A DNA stretch of 64,000 nucleotides from Nitrosopumilaceae archaeon (GTDB lineage Archaea; Thermoproteota; Nitrososphaeria; Nitrososphaerales; Nitrosopumilaceae): NCBI GenBank assembly GCA_965207375.1, contig CBDBMG010000001.1, positions 352,001 through 416,000 on the forward strand, in the 5' to 3' direction. Positions 52,064-64,000 of the stretch are shown piece after piece. The position numbers were made by a program, and so were the translations under genes. The notes beneath the pieces were generated by a model. The model saw only the letters and a program-made list of their open reading frames with translations. It had not been told where the DNA came from and did not search any database. Every line of letters begins with the position of its first letter. Position 1 is the first letter of the stretch.

Positions 52064-53302
52064 TGTTACACTATGTCGTGAAGTCTCTTTACTCTCAGAC
52101 ACAGTACACAGGTTACAATACAAGACTCGCTTAGTCAGCACATTATATCAAGTGTTAAAATGTGTGTGTAAGTGTTAATTGCTATGATCTATTGTACTAC
52201 ACTACCCCCTATTCAGTAAGGACATGTCCCATGTCAGTCATCCCGGTATCTTGCCGGCCTTCTGCGACTGCTCCGGTGTGGATATTGCCGCTGTTGATTA
52301 TCTGCTGCAGCCGTGTTGCCTTGCTGTTGTGGGGCTGCTTCCTGATCCTGTTGAGAATCATCTTCCCCTTCGTAATCATCCCTGACTTGAAGATTCGTCC
52401 CAGGTGGCAATTGTCTAGTGGCCTGCTGAACCTGAGCAGATGGGTCAATGTCTGTTGATTCTTGGCTATCTCGTTCTCTGGCATCTACTTGAGTCCTCAT
52501 TCTTTCATTGCATGACTTTAATCTATCAAAATGAACAACTATCCTTTTCCGGGGTGTCCGTGTGTCCTGAATTCTATACACCATGTCAGATATACATTTG
52601 ACAACCTTGTAGGGGCCAACCCATGGAGAGTTGAGTTTACGAGAGTTCCCTTTAGGTATGACTGGATTGCATAGCCACACCAATTGTCCAAGTGTGAACT
52701 CCCCACGGATCCTGCCAACTACACCAGTGTTACACTATGTCGTGAAGTCTCTACTCTCAGACACAGTACACAGGTTACAATACAAGACTCGCTTAGTCAG
52801 CACATTATATCAAGTGTTAAAATGTGTGATACCAAGTGTCATATTACAATGTTAGAAAAAATTCAACGCAGGGCTGCACGTTTTGTATGTAATAATTATT
52901 CCAGATACAACAGTGTTACCGACATGCTCAACATGCTGAATTGGCAATCTTTAGAACAAAGAAGGAATCAAGCTAAATCTATTATGTTTTACAAAATTAT
53001 AAACAACATAGTCTCTATTAACTTTCACCAGTACTTACAACCATCAGTAGCCATCACACGAGGGCATCATTTAAGGTTCATTCAATTGCAGGCAAGAGTA
53101 GATGTTTACCTTCATTCATTTTTGCCATCAACTATACGTTTGTGGAACTCTCTGCCAGCCAATGTGGTATCATCGCTCACCATTGATAACTTCAAAAACA
53201 AACTAACATCAATTAATTAATACATGCACGTTATACTCTGCATAGAGGTCTGTGCATAATAATAATAATAAAGTGTTAATTGCTATGATCTATTGTACTA
53301 CA
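52064..53302 (-). mobile_element. Internally deleted gypsy-type LTR element (TRIM-like)
   Basis: 138 bp LTR 52064-52201 (TGT..ACA); second LTR 52728-53302 is interrupted; TSD catg; PPT 52202-52210; PBS 52709-52726; integrase-tail ORF 52234-52683 (WVGPY..VHFDRLK). Confidence 0.9.
52829..53270 (+). mobile_element. LINE 3' fragment inserted in the LTR
   Basis: LEKIQRRAARFV..SVTDML..LNW..TRGH..TIRLWNSLP followed by a (TAA)n tail; splits the LTR at aaaatgtgtg|aagtgttaat. Confidence 0.9.
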
Positions 53303-55094
53303 CATGCATAAGTCGCTATATGCAACTTACTGAATGATTAATTGAACAATTAAAATTACGATCAGGCTCGCCCCTCGATGCTGTTAGCATCTGTCTAGTA
53401 CATAAAAAATGACTGAACTTTTAACACTGTGTAAGTCAGAGTAATATTTAAAGGAGAATAAATACATCAAAAGGAGTAGTACTATCCTGACAATGATATG
53501 GCTCAACTATCTGAAGTGAAACAGACCAGCTTAGTTAAAACAAGATTACTGATTTTACTTCTCTTGAAGTAAATTAATTTTAATGTGTTCTGTGTAGAGT
53601 GTTATAACTGTCATTAAGTTATTAAGCCCAATGAAAGTATTGTGATACCCATTGCCTTGTTTACAAATGGTACTGATATAATTGATATACGTATAAGCCA
53701 TTCATTCTTGTTCTATATGTACAAATTGATTCATTTTATGCATCTGTTTTGTTTACTTTGCAGCTGGTAAAGTACGATGATTTTAAGGGGTCTTAATTAT
53801 GTAAATACCGTATACCATGAAATTTTGAGGCAGGAAACTTTCACAGTTCTACAACAATTTTTTTATTCAATAGAAAACATTCACGATTCAGAAGAAAGTA
53901 GTTACCATATGGAGGGAAACTTTGGTGGCAGAAAACTTCATCAAATTCACTGCAAAAATGTAATTGGCAGAAGAAAATTTAGTGAATTTTGTCCTCAGAC
54001 CAAAAATTATGACAACTTTGTAATGTTATCCAGCATAACTCAAGCGTAAATGTTCAAAACTAGCAGTGTGGCTAACGCATCAAATACACACATTTCGTTC
54101 CATACATGAAAGTTTGAATATCAATACTATAGCTAGCTACGAAGAAGCTAACCTATTTGCAGTCTTGTAAACCTGACTGAATTTCCAGCACATGGGTTGG
54201 TGTGAGCGAGTCAAATGAAACACAGCTATGCACAAGTAACATGGCAAGTGCATACGATGCATGCACAAAATGGGGCATGGCTATGTGGGAATCGAGCAGG
54301 TTGAGTGTTGTACTTCAAGCTATAATGCACATGAAACATACACAAAGAGGTGTGGCTATGTGTGAATCATGTGAGAGTGGAATGTCAAACTTGATCCTAT
54401 AATACATGGCAAGTGCACAATGCATGTATGAAAGGGGTGTGGGCTACATTGGAATCGACTCAATCAAGCAGGTGCAATGAAACTTAGCTATACTATAGAG
54501 GAACTATACACCCCGATTCATGGAAAAAAGGCATGGCTACATGCAACTACTGCTAGGCTCTGTAAACTTTCATCAAGCCATGGACACTCCATATAGCTAT
54601 GCTTCAAAATTGATATTATATTCAAAAAACGTAATAACTTCCATGCACTAGCTTTGGGATCACAAACATGTGTCTTTTGCACCAGTAATTGTGAAATAGG
54701 TTGCAAGCATAGTACATTTACAAACGTACATCGTGAGCATTCACAATTTAGTTCATGAACTGCTCGCAAACTTTGCAAGCTGTTTATCAACTCGATGCAT
54801 CATTTCCTTAATATGTTTGTGAGCTATTCACAAGGTGTCATGGGCCATTGTGGGGTGTGTGCACATTCGCATTCATGCATTCATTTGCAAGTGTAGTGCA
54901 AACTTTTTGCAAGGTACCGTACACTACACAGCAATGTAGCTACAATCTTCACTTCATGATTCACACTCTACCTATATAATCATTTAAATTTTGTATTAAT
55001 AACCTTGCAAGTAAGTGTAAGATTTGCTAGTAGGATACAGTTTTACTATTTAACAACTATTTTTTGTGTGCACCTTGCAAAAGATACCATATGT

Positions 55095-55718
55095 ATTGAA
55101 AGTTCTGGGGATTTATTTTGATTGTAAACTTACTTGGAGCCATATTTTATCGTGTTAGGGAATATCTTGGTCAGAGTGGTCTTACTATCGGTTTTAAATC
55201 TTTTGTTAGGCTAATTTGTGAGTATGGTAACATCATTTTTATGGGAACATCTGCCACTCATCTGCATAAGTTAGATTTGATACAGAAGATGGCTGAGAAG
55301 TTGTGTGGCACTACTTTTTTGTCACTGGCCTCTCGTCGTAAGGCCAGCTCCATTGGCCTGCTGTGTAAACTGTTGGATTTACGGTGTCCAACAGAATTTT
55401 TGTACCGTCCTTACTTCTATTATGCATGCTCATTCCTTTCACCATGTCATGGACGATTGTTTGTTGCTCCAGCAGCTAATAAGACACTACTCATTGGATC
55501 TATTCATTAACAGTTTTCTGGGCATGATTCCTTCTATTTGGGCTACCATCCCATTGACTTTGTGACTGAGAGGTGTTACTGAGGGGTGGTCTGCCCTTTA
55601 TTATCTATTTCAGAGATATTGTTATTGATTATTAATTGTAGAGCATCCATTGTACACAGTCATCGTATATGTATGTGACGCACTGTATTTGATGTCGTAA
55701 AAAATAATAATGATAATG
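55095..55718 (+). mobile_element. Degenerate LINE 3' fragment
   Basis: FKSFVRLICEYG..HLHKLDLIQKMAEKL..LASRRK; frameshifted; taa-rich tail. Confidence 0.65.
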
Positions 55719-57415
55719 CAGGCTTGCCACAAGCTTGCTACAACCATGCAAGGTTGAAACAACCATGCTGCAAGTTTGCTACAACTATGTATATGGGTAA
55801 CCTTAACTAGAAGTAGTAGTAACAACTTATTTAGCAAATGCTTACCTTAAGTGCTTATAAAAGTATTCTCAGTTTTAGCTACACTTTATTGCTGATAGTT
55901 TGTCAAATTTTGATCTGATATTTCGTACACATGTAGTGCTACACATGCCCATTTGTTCATAAAATTTTGTTCAAATTGACCCAAAATTGAGGGAGTTATA
56001 AGTAATTTTGCATAAACCAATTGCTTGCACATGTCTCCCACAAAAATGTTGGTGCAATTCATCTGAATTTTTTTAAAGGCTTAAAACCTCTATTGTAAGT
56101 AGACTGTTTTGAATGGTTTGTTAATTACAATAACTTGTGCTTTTCAGCTACTCATATGTACGTAGCTTGGAAAACAATAGGCCTATTTTTACCAAATTTA
56201 TAAGTTATGTCCCCCAGCTACCTCACTTCACAAGTTACATAAGAATTTTATCCAGTCATTTCCAAGATATGCGCCTCAAAAAATTGCTCTAATATTTTGT
56301 TTTGCACTTGTGTAAATAAATAACACACTGGTATTTCTAAATCATCGACATACGTATGTATTACTGACTTGGAAAACCATTTTGTCACATTTGACATATT
56401 TCTGTTTATTTAAGACATGTACACTCCAAATGGTACTACTGGTTTAATAAGTGCTTGAATTGCTATAATTTAAGTATAGGAAATAGTTTAGAAGTATGCA
56501 GTTGCAAATACATAAACATGTGATTCTATTTATTTCACGCATGACAACACGGTCTGTTATCCAAAATGCAGTAACATATGTAACTAAATTGATTATTATA
56601 ATATTGACATCCTTGAGGGGAAGATCATGATTAACACAAATTAGCATGGCCTTTTAATGTGATTAAATGGCTAAATTTTAGATTTTATGTGACTTGATTA
56701 ACTAAACACTCATTATTCTATTGACTAAAAAGATAAAAGTAATCACCGAGGCGCAGAGGCTAGCTAGCTACTTTTGTATGTATGTCCGCATAGCGATCGA
56801 GTTTTCTCCCAATAGCGCGTACTGTACAACTAGGAATTTGTTTAGGAATTCATTTTAGTTTGTTGAAATAACCGTTGCCATACTTACTAGCTATAGCTAC
56901 ATATCGTTATAGCATAATTGTATTTCATTTTATTCTCTAAATCAGAGCTCGAATTGGGGTATACAAAGTATAACTTGTTAGCTGTTTGCTTGTATAGAGA
57001 ACTGTACAGTAGAATCTAACACATGTATATTTGCAAGTAATACGATGGACAAGAGAAACAGAAAAGGAGAAGCTCCTCTAAACAGTAGACTAAATGTGTG
57101 AGCTGCTCTATAGTGCGTAAATCGATAATCAATATACTGTAATAGAGCAGTCATGTAATATTATGTCTGTCAAATAACTCTAATAGAACAGTCATGAAAT
57201 TAATACTCTAATAAAACAGTCAGGTATTGTAGTAAGTTCCAACCAATCAACAATTTGCCATTTTGTAAGCTGCACCCTTCAGACCTCCAGTACTAAAATA
57301 TTCAATAGCTAGGTTACATCATTTCTTTCCATCCTTCCCTGAGCCTCAAACTATAAATTGTATTTTTATTTTACTCACAATACATTGTAAATTATTATTG
57401 TGTTGTATTCTGTAG

Positions 57416-58849
57416 ATCAAACTAATGAAGGAAATAAATTCTTTGTGGGAATTTTTAGGAATCGATTTGGCAGAATTGATGAGCCTGAGGTGATACCTCC
57501 AGTTCTTTGGATCACAACTAAAGAGTCTATGCCAGTCAACTTTGAAGTGTTCACTTTTTCTGGATTTCTTACTAGTGGTGTAGCAACTCCTGGAGAAATA
57601 ACATATGTTGACATACCGCTTGGATTTGTTGTGTTTAATTCATCTGAAGATAGTGAAACTGATTCACAGTTTAAAGGAATTTATATTAAAGCAGAAGATG
57701 ACAGAAAGATTGTTGTGTTTGGTCAACATGAAGAAGTACCATCCAATGATGCTTATCTAGCATTACCAATTATTTCACTGCCAGCAGGAAGGTCTTATGA
57801 GTACATTGCAGCGTCAATATTTGGAGATTCAGGTACTGTTGCACAACAAAAAGATAGTGTGGCTCTAATTATTGGAACTGAGAATGATACTGAGATAATC
57901 CTTGAACCATCTGTTGTCATCGCTCATCCCTTTGCTCCAGTACAAGCTGGTGGACAGTTTATTCCTGGAGTTCCTGTTGAGCTTCGTACTGTAACTATTC
58001 AGAGGTTTCAGACATTTTATCTTCAGGTTCGTGGTGGAGATATATCTGGTACTCGTATAATATCAAATAAGCCAATATCTGTTTTCTCTGGACATGAGTG
58101 TGCTAATGTTCCATTAGCTAGTGAACCTTGTGACATACTGATTGAACAACTTCAACCAATAGATACATGGGGAACTGAAGTAGTTACAGTTCCACTGAGA
58201 ACAAGGAGTGGTGATGTACTAAAAGTGTTTGCTTCACAAGACTCTACTACAGTTAATGTTACATATACAGACATCAGTAGTGGCATGGTTACCAATGATA
58301 GTTTTAGTTTCACACTTAATCGTAATGGATTTAGAGAGTTGGGGGGTACTTCAATAGTGGCCACAGGGGCTATTGCTGACTTTGCCTTGATACAGTCTAA
58401 TAATCCAATTGCAGTATTTCAGTTTAGCAGAAGCTTTTTAACTGATAATAATATAATATCTAATCCATTTATGTTGTCAGTACCATATTGTGAACAGTAT
58501 CGTAACAGTTATGTTGTAGCTCCAGCTCCATTTAATGAAACAATTGAAGGCACTGTTTCAGGACGAGTTGCATATGTTAACTATACTAACATAGCAGTAC
58601 CAGCTGAGTATTTTAATGCTAGTTTAATAACAGTTAATAATAATCCAATTAATGCCTCAGACTTTAGACCAATCAGGAGAGCAGATAACAGCATATGGGG
58701 CTATGGGGCACAGTTACTACTTGATAAAGGAGCTCAAGTGATAAACCATTCAGACCCAAATGCAGCTCTATCAGTAACATTGTATGGATTCAGTAACCAG
58801 ATGTCATGGGGTTATACTGGAGGAACAGGTCTTGCTCCTGTTGCTCTTT
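57416..58849 (+). CDS. Large exon encoding an IgGFc-binding protein N-terminal domain
   Basis: tgtag| acceptor and |gtaagt donor; 1434 nt, phase 1-1; TNEGNKFFVGIF, NDAYLALP, DISGTRIISNKPISVFSGHECANVP..CD.LIEQL.P...WG, NPFMLSVP, LYGF....SWGYTGG. Confidence 0.92.
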
Positions 58850-59231
58850 GTAAGTTATGAGTATCTATTATTGTATCTATAATTGTCAGTGTAACTGTCA
58901 TACATGATCTCAGAACCTTTTTGTTCTCAAGGACACAACGTTGTGGTCATTTAATGTTTGTAGATGATGGCAGATGGCATTTGTTTTTGCAAATATATAG
59001 AACAATAGGCATTGAATCATTGTACTCAACACTGACCACAGCACACTGATAGATGTACCAGCAGCTGTTACAGCAGCTGTTGGCTCTGTGCTATTATTCA
59101 TTACCTATTGTCATAGTTACAGTGTGTGTATATTTGTACTTGTAAATTACCACTAATAACACTTTCTCACTTGTGATGTACAGCTAGTACCATGGTTACC
59201 AAATGATACTGGGTAATGTCATTATCTGTAG

Positions 59232-59659
59232 CTGTGGTCTCATTTGATACAAATGGTGGATCAGGAGTTACCATAGTAATTTCAGAGAGTGCAGGCCCAT
59301 TGGTAGTAGTTTTAGTACTCAGTGAAGCAGTTGTTGAAGAAGTCACAGTTTTTGTAATAGCAACAGGCACAACTGCTAGAGGTTTGTTAAACCTAGTCTG
59401 TGCATTAACAAGTTTATTTACTTGTTCATTTTTATAGCTGGTGAAGATTTTGGACCATCTCAAAATTATACAGTAACCTTTCCTGGTGGATCAACAAGAC
59501 AATCAGTGAACATTCCCATTATTAATGATACTGTTTTGGAGCTTGATGAAACCTTTCAATTAGAACTCAGTGTTCCTGAAGCAGCTGTTAGAGCTGGTGT
59601 AATAGATGGCTGTGATCCATTTACTCCTAGACAAACTGTTGTCATTATTGATGATGATC
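59232..59659 (+). CDS. Calx-beta domain 1: join(59232..59381,59438..59659)
   Basis: Phase-1 GT-AG sites; VSF..ISESAG..VVLVLS..TARAGEDF..VTFPGG..VNIPIINDTVLELDETFQLEL..VVIIDDD. Confidence 0.88.
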
Positions 59660-59960
59660 GTAAGTCAATATTATTTTTTCATTTGTTGTAGTGTAAATGA
59701 TAAAACAATTAACACTATTGCATAACAGATGATGTAATATAACATTAGTAATAAATGTGGAACCATGTCCTCACATATAGAGATGTGTTTCTGGATTTTA
59801 ATTAAACCCAACTTCTATGCATATTAAATATTTAGAAATACTATTTTAATTAATTAAAGAGTTAATTGTATCTTGCATAAAATTCTCCGTATAAATTTAG
59901 GCCACTTACTCAGAGTGTTTTGTATGTATCTTTTTGTGACTCATCAATTTCTTTATGTAG

Positions 59961-60439
59961 ATCTTACTGTGTCCTTCCAGAACACAGTTTACAATATTGG
60001 CAAAAATGCTGGATCAGCACGACCTATACTAGTTCTTAGTAACCCATTAGCAACTGATGTTACCATACAAGTGACTAGAACTGATGCATTAACTATTGGT
60101 GAATGCTTTAACTATATTTAGCCATAAACTGTTATAATATTTTAAAACAGGAAGTGGAAGTGAAGGTTATGATTCTGGATCATATACTGTCACATTGCCT
60201 GCTGGAATGACCAGTGTTTCATTTGTTGTTCCAATAAATGATGTTATCTTAAGGTTACTACATTAAAAATATGGTTACTAATATAATATGGTTACTAATA
60301 TGATCTGTAATTTAAAAATTAAGAATTTCATAGGGTGAATAATTTACTAGGATCTTCAATCTCACAATTGATTCATCTTCACTACCTACTCATGTCACAG
60401 TTGGTGATCCCAGTCAAACTACTATTGTTATACAGTTAG
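59961..60439 (+). CDS. Calx-beta domain 2: join(59961..60098,60151..60253,60351..60439), possibly disrupted
   Basis: VSFQNTVYNI..PILVLSNP..; YDSGSYTVTLPAG.TSVSF.VPIND; FNLTIDSSSLP..VTVGDPSQTTIVI; a 97 nt insert must be spliced out to avoid a TAA. Confidence 0.68.
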
Positions 60440-62077
60440 GTAAGTAAGTAATAATACTATATGTGATATGCTATATATCCTTGTGCTTCAAGAGTAGCTT
60501 TGACATAGCTACGTATATGACTTTATGCACTTACATACGTACTATTATGTGTAAGTAATTATGTTAGTTCAACTCATAACTAGATAATGTGTCATGATAC
60601 ACAGCTAGGCTATTTAATTATTATATATAAAATAGGAAAAGTGTAGCTATGTAGGGATATTGATGTCTGCAATAGCTATAGAAGAGAGAAGAAAGTTCTT
60701 TTCTTGACCTTTTTAGGTATCAATATAAATCATGGTGACACAGTTGTGTCTGTGGTTGATAAGTTTGCAGGAGAAATCTTATCACTTCTATTGAATAACT
60801 TGTTTCATTCTGGGATCTTGCCAACTTTTCCAACCTAATACTCACAAGTAACAGCCTTACTAGTAGCTGTATCACTGTGACACAAACAACAAGTACACAA
60901 CAACCACAAAACTAATTGTTACACACAGCACTCAAAATGAACTATAGCTGGTAGGCCTGTGACCTGGACAGCATATTCATAACCACTCTTAACTGATCAA
61001 TAAACAATTAATTGAAATTTCATTATATTTTGCTCAAAATCATCAAATACAATAACTCATCAGTGCAGTAAAAATGTCCGGTTTTTAATGAAGAATCTTA
61101 CACAAGTTAATTAAGTAACTGCAAATGCCACAAATGCGTTTCATAAAGTAATTATTTCACAATATATTTTATTGAATATATTTCATTTTTATTTTCTGTA
61201 AATGCACTCGTGCGCTTACAGTTGTTCATCTTTCTCTTGTAGCTACTCTTGGTTCACTAATCTCTCTGCATATAATGCTAAACAAAAACAACCTGCTGGC
61301 TATAAAAAAGTGCAAGGTCAATCAAAAGCAGTATTGTAGCTATAGTTATAGGGTAAGGCTAAGAAAATCCTTTTACTTGAATGATATACAATAGTTTACA
61401 GCTGGGCATTTTCACAACTATGATTAGCAAGGCTTAGGTTTGACAAACTCACATGTCACAATTTTATTAAACTTTTAGTGAGCATTCAGACGTTAATGTA
61501 GTTTGTGTGTCTGAAATTTTGTGCAAATGATTTAATTTTCACTGAGTTAATTATGACAACTTTTTTCCTGCTGCATAGATGTTTCTCTCCAGTATATTAA
61601 TGTATTATTTAACCCTGAGGATTGCTTGAGCAGTATACACAGGAGAAATGTTGGTGCAAGTTTGATTGAAATCAATGAAGAAATGAGTGAGTTATTAGAC
61701 AAACAAGTTGAAACAGAAAATGAAAATTTGAAAATAAAATTGCGGGGTTCACACAAGCCCTCGTAAAATATGTGATGAAAAAGAAAGAAAAAAACCACTG
61801 CGTGTGTAAAACTTTTTACTGAAAGGAGGACTTTATAAGGCTGTATCAGAAGACTGGCTGGTCCGATTTCGATGAACCTCAGATTACTGATTCTACATTA
61901 AATGAAGGCACTAATTCTCTAAAGGGGCGGGGCAGATGGTTCGTCATGCGTTGTCACAAAACAAACGACATAACACTCGCAATGGCTGATACGGCACCTA
62001 TTTACTTTGTAGTATACTAGTAAACAACAGTTATATACTATAATATTAGTTATAGTTATATCACAAGCACAAGTTTG

Positions 62078-62141
62078 ATATCATTGTTATTACACTCGAC
62101 CTCAGGCTTCGCCCTTGGTCTCGTGTAATAACAATGATATC
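62078..62141. repeat. Short palindrome
   Basis: gatatcattgttattacac / gtgtaataacaatgatatc. Confidence 0.7.
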
Positions 62142-62194
62142 AACGAGTCTGTCTCAAGATTATCAAGGACTGCCAGCCAACAGGTGTAAATAGC

Positions 62195-63415
62195 AAAAGA
62201 TTATGTTTTAGTTGCTTGACCACAAATATGTCCTGGTTACATTAGTGTTGCTTCTGAGACATGGTTATATACTATAAGGCTGCCAATTAGGTGTAGATGC
62301 TGACCATTTGGACCACAAAGTTTCTTAGTTGGTTTACTAACCTCTGGTGAGTCCAAAACTTTTAGTGTTGCTTCTGAAATGGCTGTAACCTCAGCCCCAG
62401 TGTCTACTTTAAAGGTTATACACACATCATTTACTTTGACATCTGTAGTCCAGAAGGTAGAGTCTTGTGAATAGTGTCTAAATAGAAACTGTCTAGAGCT
62501 GATCTGTCTTGTTCCACATCATGGACAGTTTTCGTATGACACATTTCAGCAAAATGGCCTTTTTCTGGCACCTCCTACGGGTCACGTCTTTTGCTGGGCA
62601 AGCATCACGGGCGTGTGGATTCTTTCCACATCGGCTACATTGCTTTGGCGCTTGTGCCCTTACTTGTTTGTAACTGTTCTGGTGCGATTTGAGTGACATG
62701 GCATCAACTATACTTGACGTCTCAATTTGTTCCCATTTTATGTATGCTGCTGATCACAGACTTGCTTCTCTCTGTCGAAGGAGTCTTTTAGCCTTTTCAA
62801 GCTTCAATTCAAGATCCATTTGTAAGTGTTCCAACAGTGAAGCATCTGGTATGCCAACTACTATTCTATCGCGAATTAATTCATCCTTCAGGTCTCCAAA
62901 GTTGCAATCATTTGCTAAGTTGTAAAGGCTGGCAATGAACTGTTCAGCGGGTTTGTCGGGTAGCTGTAAACATTTGTTGAATTTGGCACGTTTGATGATC
63001 ACGTTTTTTCTAACTCGGAAAAACTGTCAAACTTTGCCAATACACTATCATGCTTCTTTCTGTCATCCTCTGCAATGTTGGTGGATGTTAGAATGTCTTC
63101 GGCTTCTTCGCCGAGGCAATACAGTAAAGTGTTGACTTGGTGCTCTTCAGATTCTTTCAACAACCCCGATGCAATGTGATATTGCTCGAAATGGTGTTTC
63201 CATTTCGGCCAATGATCTGGAGTATCAAAAGGGAATGCTGCCAGTACACTTAAAGGAGCATTAAAACTAGCCATGAAAAGTGAACGCTTCTAACACCATG
63301 TCGTGATGTATAATAATGATTACAATATACGCATGCGTGCTTACATATATCATACATATATTAATACTCTAATGTTACAATCACGTGTGTGCATATGGTG
63401 TTCAGTTACACTACA
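62195..63415 (-). mobile_element. Truncated, frameshifted gypsy LTR retrotransposon (LTR, PBS, gag, protease)
   Basis: Probable LTR 63299-63415 (TGT..ACA); PBS tggtgttagaag; gag WPKWK..FEQY..LIRDRIVVG; CSRCGKNPHARDACPA knuckle; protease FKVDTGAEVTAI. Confidence 0.85.
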
Positions 63416-63780
63416 AAAGGAACAAAAATACCACCCGAAGCCCATACAGAAGCTTCATGATGACCTCCCCATGTCCAGTAGCCACCCCTGCAGTAGCAGC
63501 AGATCAGCAAATCAAAGAATCCTGCAGAGGGTGACACACAGAGATATCAAAATACGTAGCCCGGCTTACCAAATTGAAAATCTGGATGGAAAACATCCCC
63601 AGGGTGATCCAAATCAGTGCTGCAACACTGTTCTTTCTTACAGCCACTGTGATCCTGGAGTAAAGCGTGCCAGATTACATCACAAATTGCATCATGCTGA
63701 CAAATTCTCAAAGGTCCATTACCACAGCCAAGGATGTGATCACCAAAACTATCAATCACAGTCACACCTATTTACTTCAT
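63416..63780 (-). mobile_element. Remnant of a non-LTR element with a restriction-like endonuclease (CRE/R2-type C-terminus)
   Basis: DSFGDHILGC..RI..HDAICD...HPGDVFHPDFQFGKPGYVF pattern. Confidence 0.6.
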
Positions 63781-64000
63781 TGTTGATATACTGATTCTAT
63801 ATAGTAAGAACATACTAGGTCTGTAATAACTAAGAGGTAGCTTTTATGGTGGCTTAGTTACAGCGTCTGTGAATTTTTGAGTGGTGCTACCTGTAAGTCA
63901 CATACTGCTTCTTCTTGGCCTTGCAACTCACTATTGTGAGTCTTGATATACAAGTTATAAAATTCTGTAACTTGACTTGTAACATGTGTTTTGACTGTTT

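Larger units (their letters stand above)
51312..53399 (+). mobile_element. Non-autonomous Helitron/Helentron-like element
   Basis: Subterminal IR ggggcgagcctga / tcaggctcgcccc; 3' hairpin gatgct-gtt-agcatc then CTAG; central tandem array; KREERLQRR..ETEEERQ relic at ~51970-52056; no TSD. Confidence 0.65.

Noticed and set aside
52709-52726. tRNA gene
   Set aside because: Only 18 nt of a tRNA 3' end including CCA; it is a primer-binding site.
52684-53220. 178 aa ORF as a host gene
   Set aside because: Chance fusion of PBS/LTR sequence with a LINE RT C-terminus.
57400-58860. Intronless bacterial gene or contaminant
   Set aside because: Bounded by canonical phase-1 splice sites and followed by spliced exons; no true ATG at the ORF start.
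63303-63794. 163 aa plus-strand ORF
   Set aside because: Antisense to the LTR and the RLE relic; no recognisable motifs.

Overview
This is AT-rich, intron-containing animal DNA, not prokaryotic. A demosponge-like origin is inferred from the Ig, IgGFc-binding and Calx-beta exon repertoire. Genes: (i) three phase-1 Ig-domain exons at 1.6-6.6 kb; (ii) a hidden four-exon Cys-rich small gene or pseudogene at 7.2-10.4 kb; (iii) a secreted signal peptide + IgGFc-binding N-terminal domain + Calx-beta gene, with its first exon at 47410 and main exons at 57.4-60.4 kb. The middle of the window is a complex rearrangement. 11561-14224 is a direct copy of 44132-49758 (promoter plus signal-peptide exon). 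It is fused base-to-base to 14225-21446, which is an inverted copy of 37966-34136. The rest is dense with transposons: hAT-like MITEs (5, 6 and 8 bp TSDs), Mutator-like elements (9 bp TSDs), TA-flanked MITEs including a 400 bp near-perfect palindrome, LINE fragments and a gypsy remnant. A Helentron-like element carries a hairpin tandem array and hosts a mini LTR element, which itself hosts a LINE. No CRISPR, rRNA or tRNA genes were found. All coordinates were read by eye.
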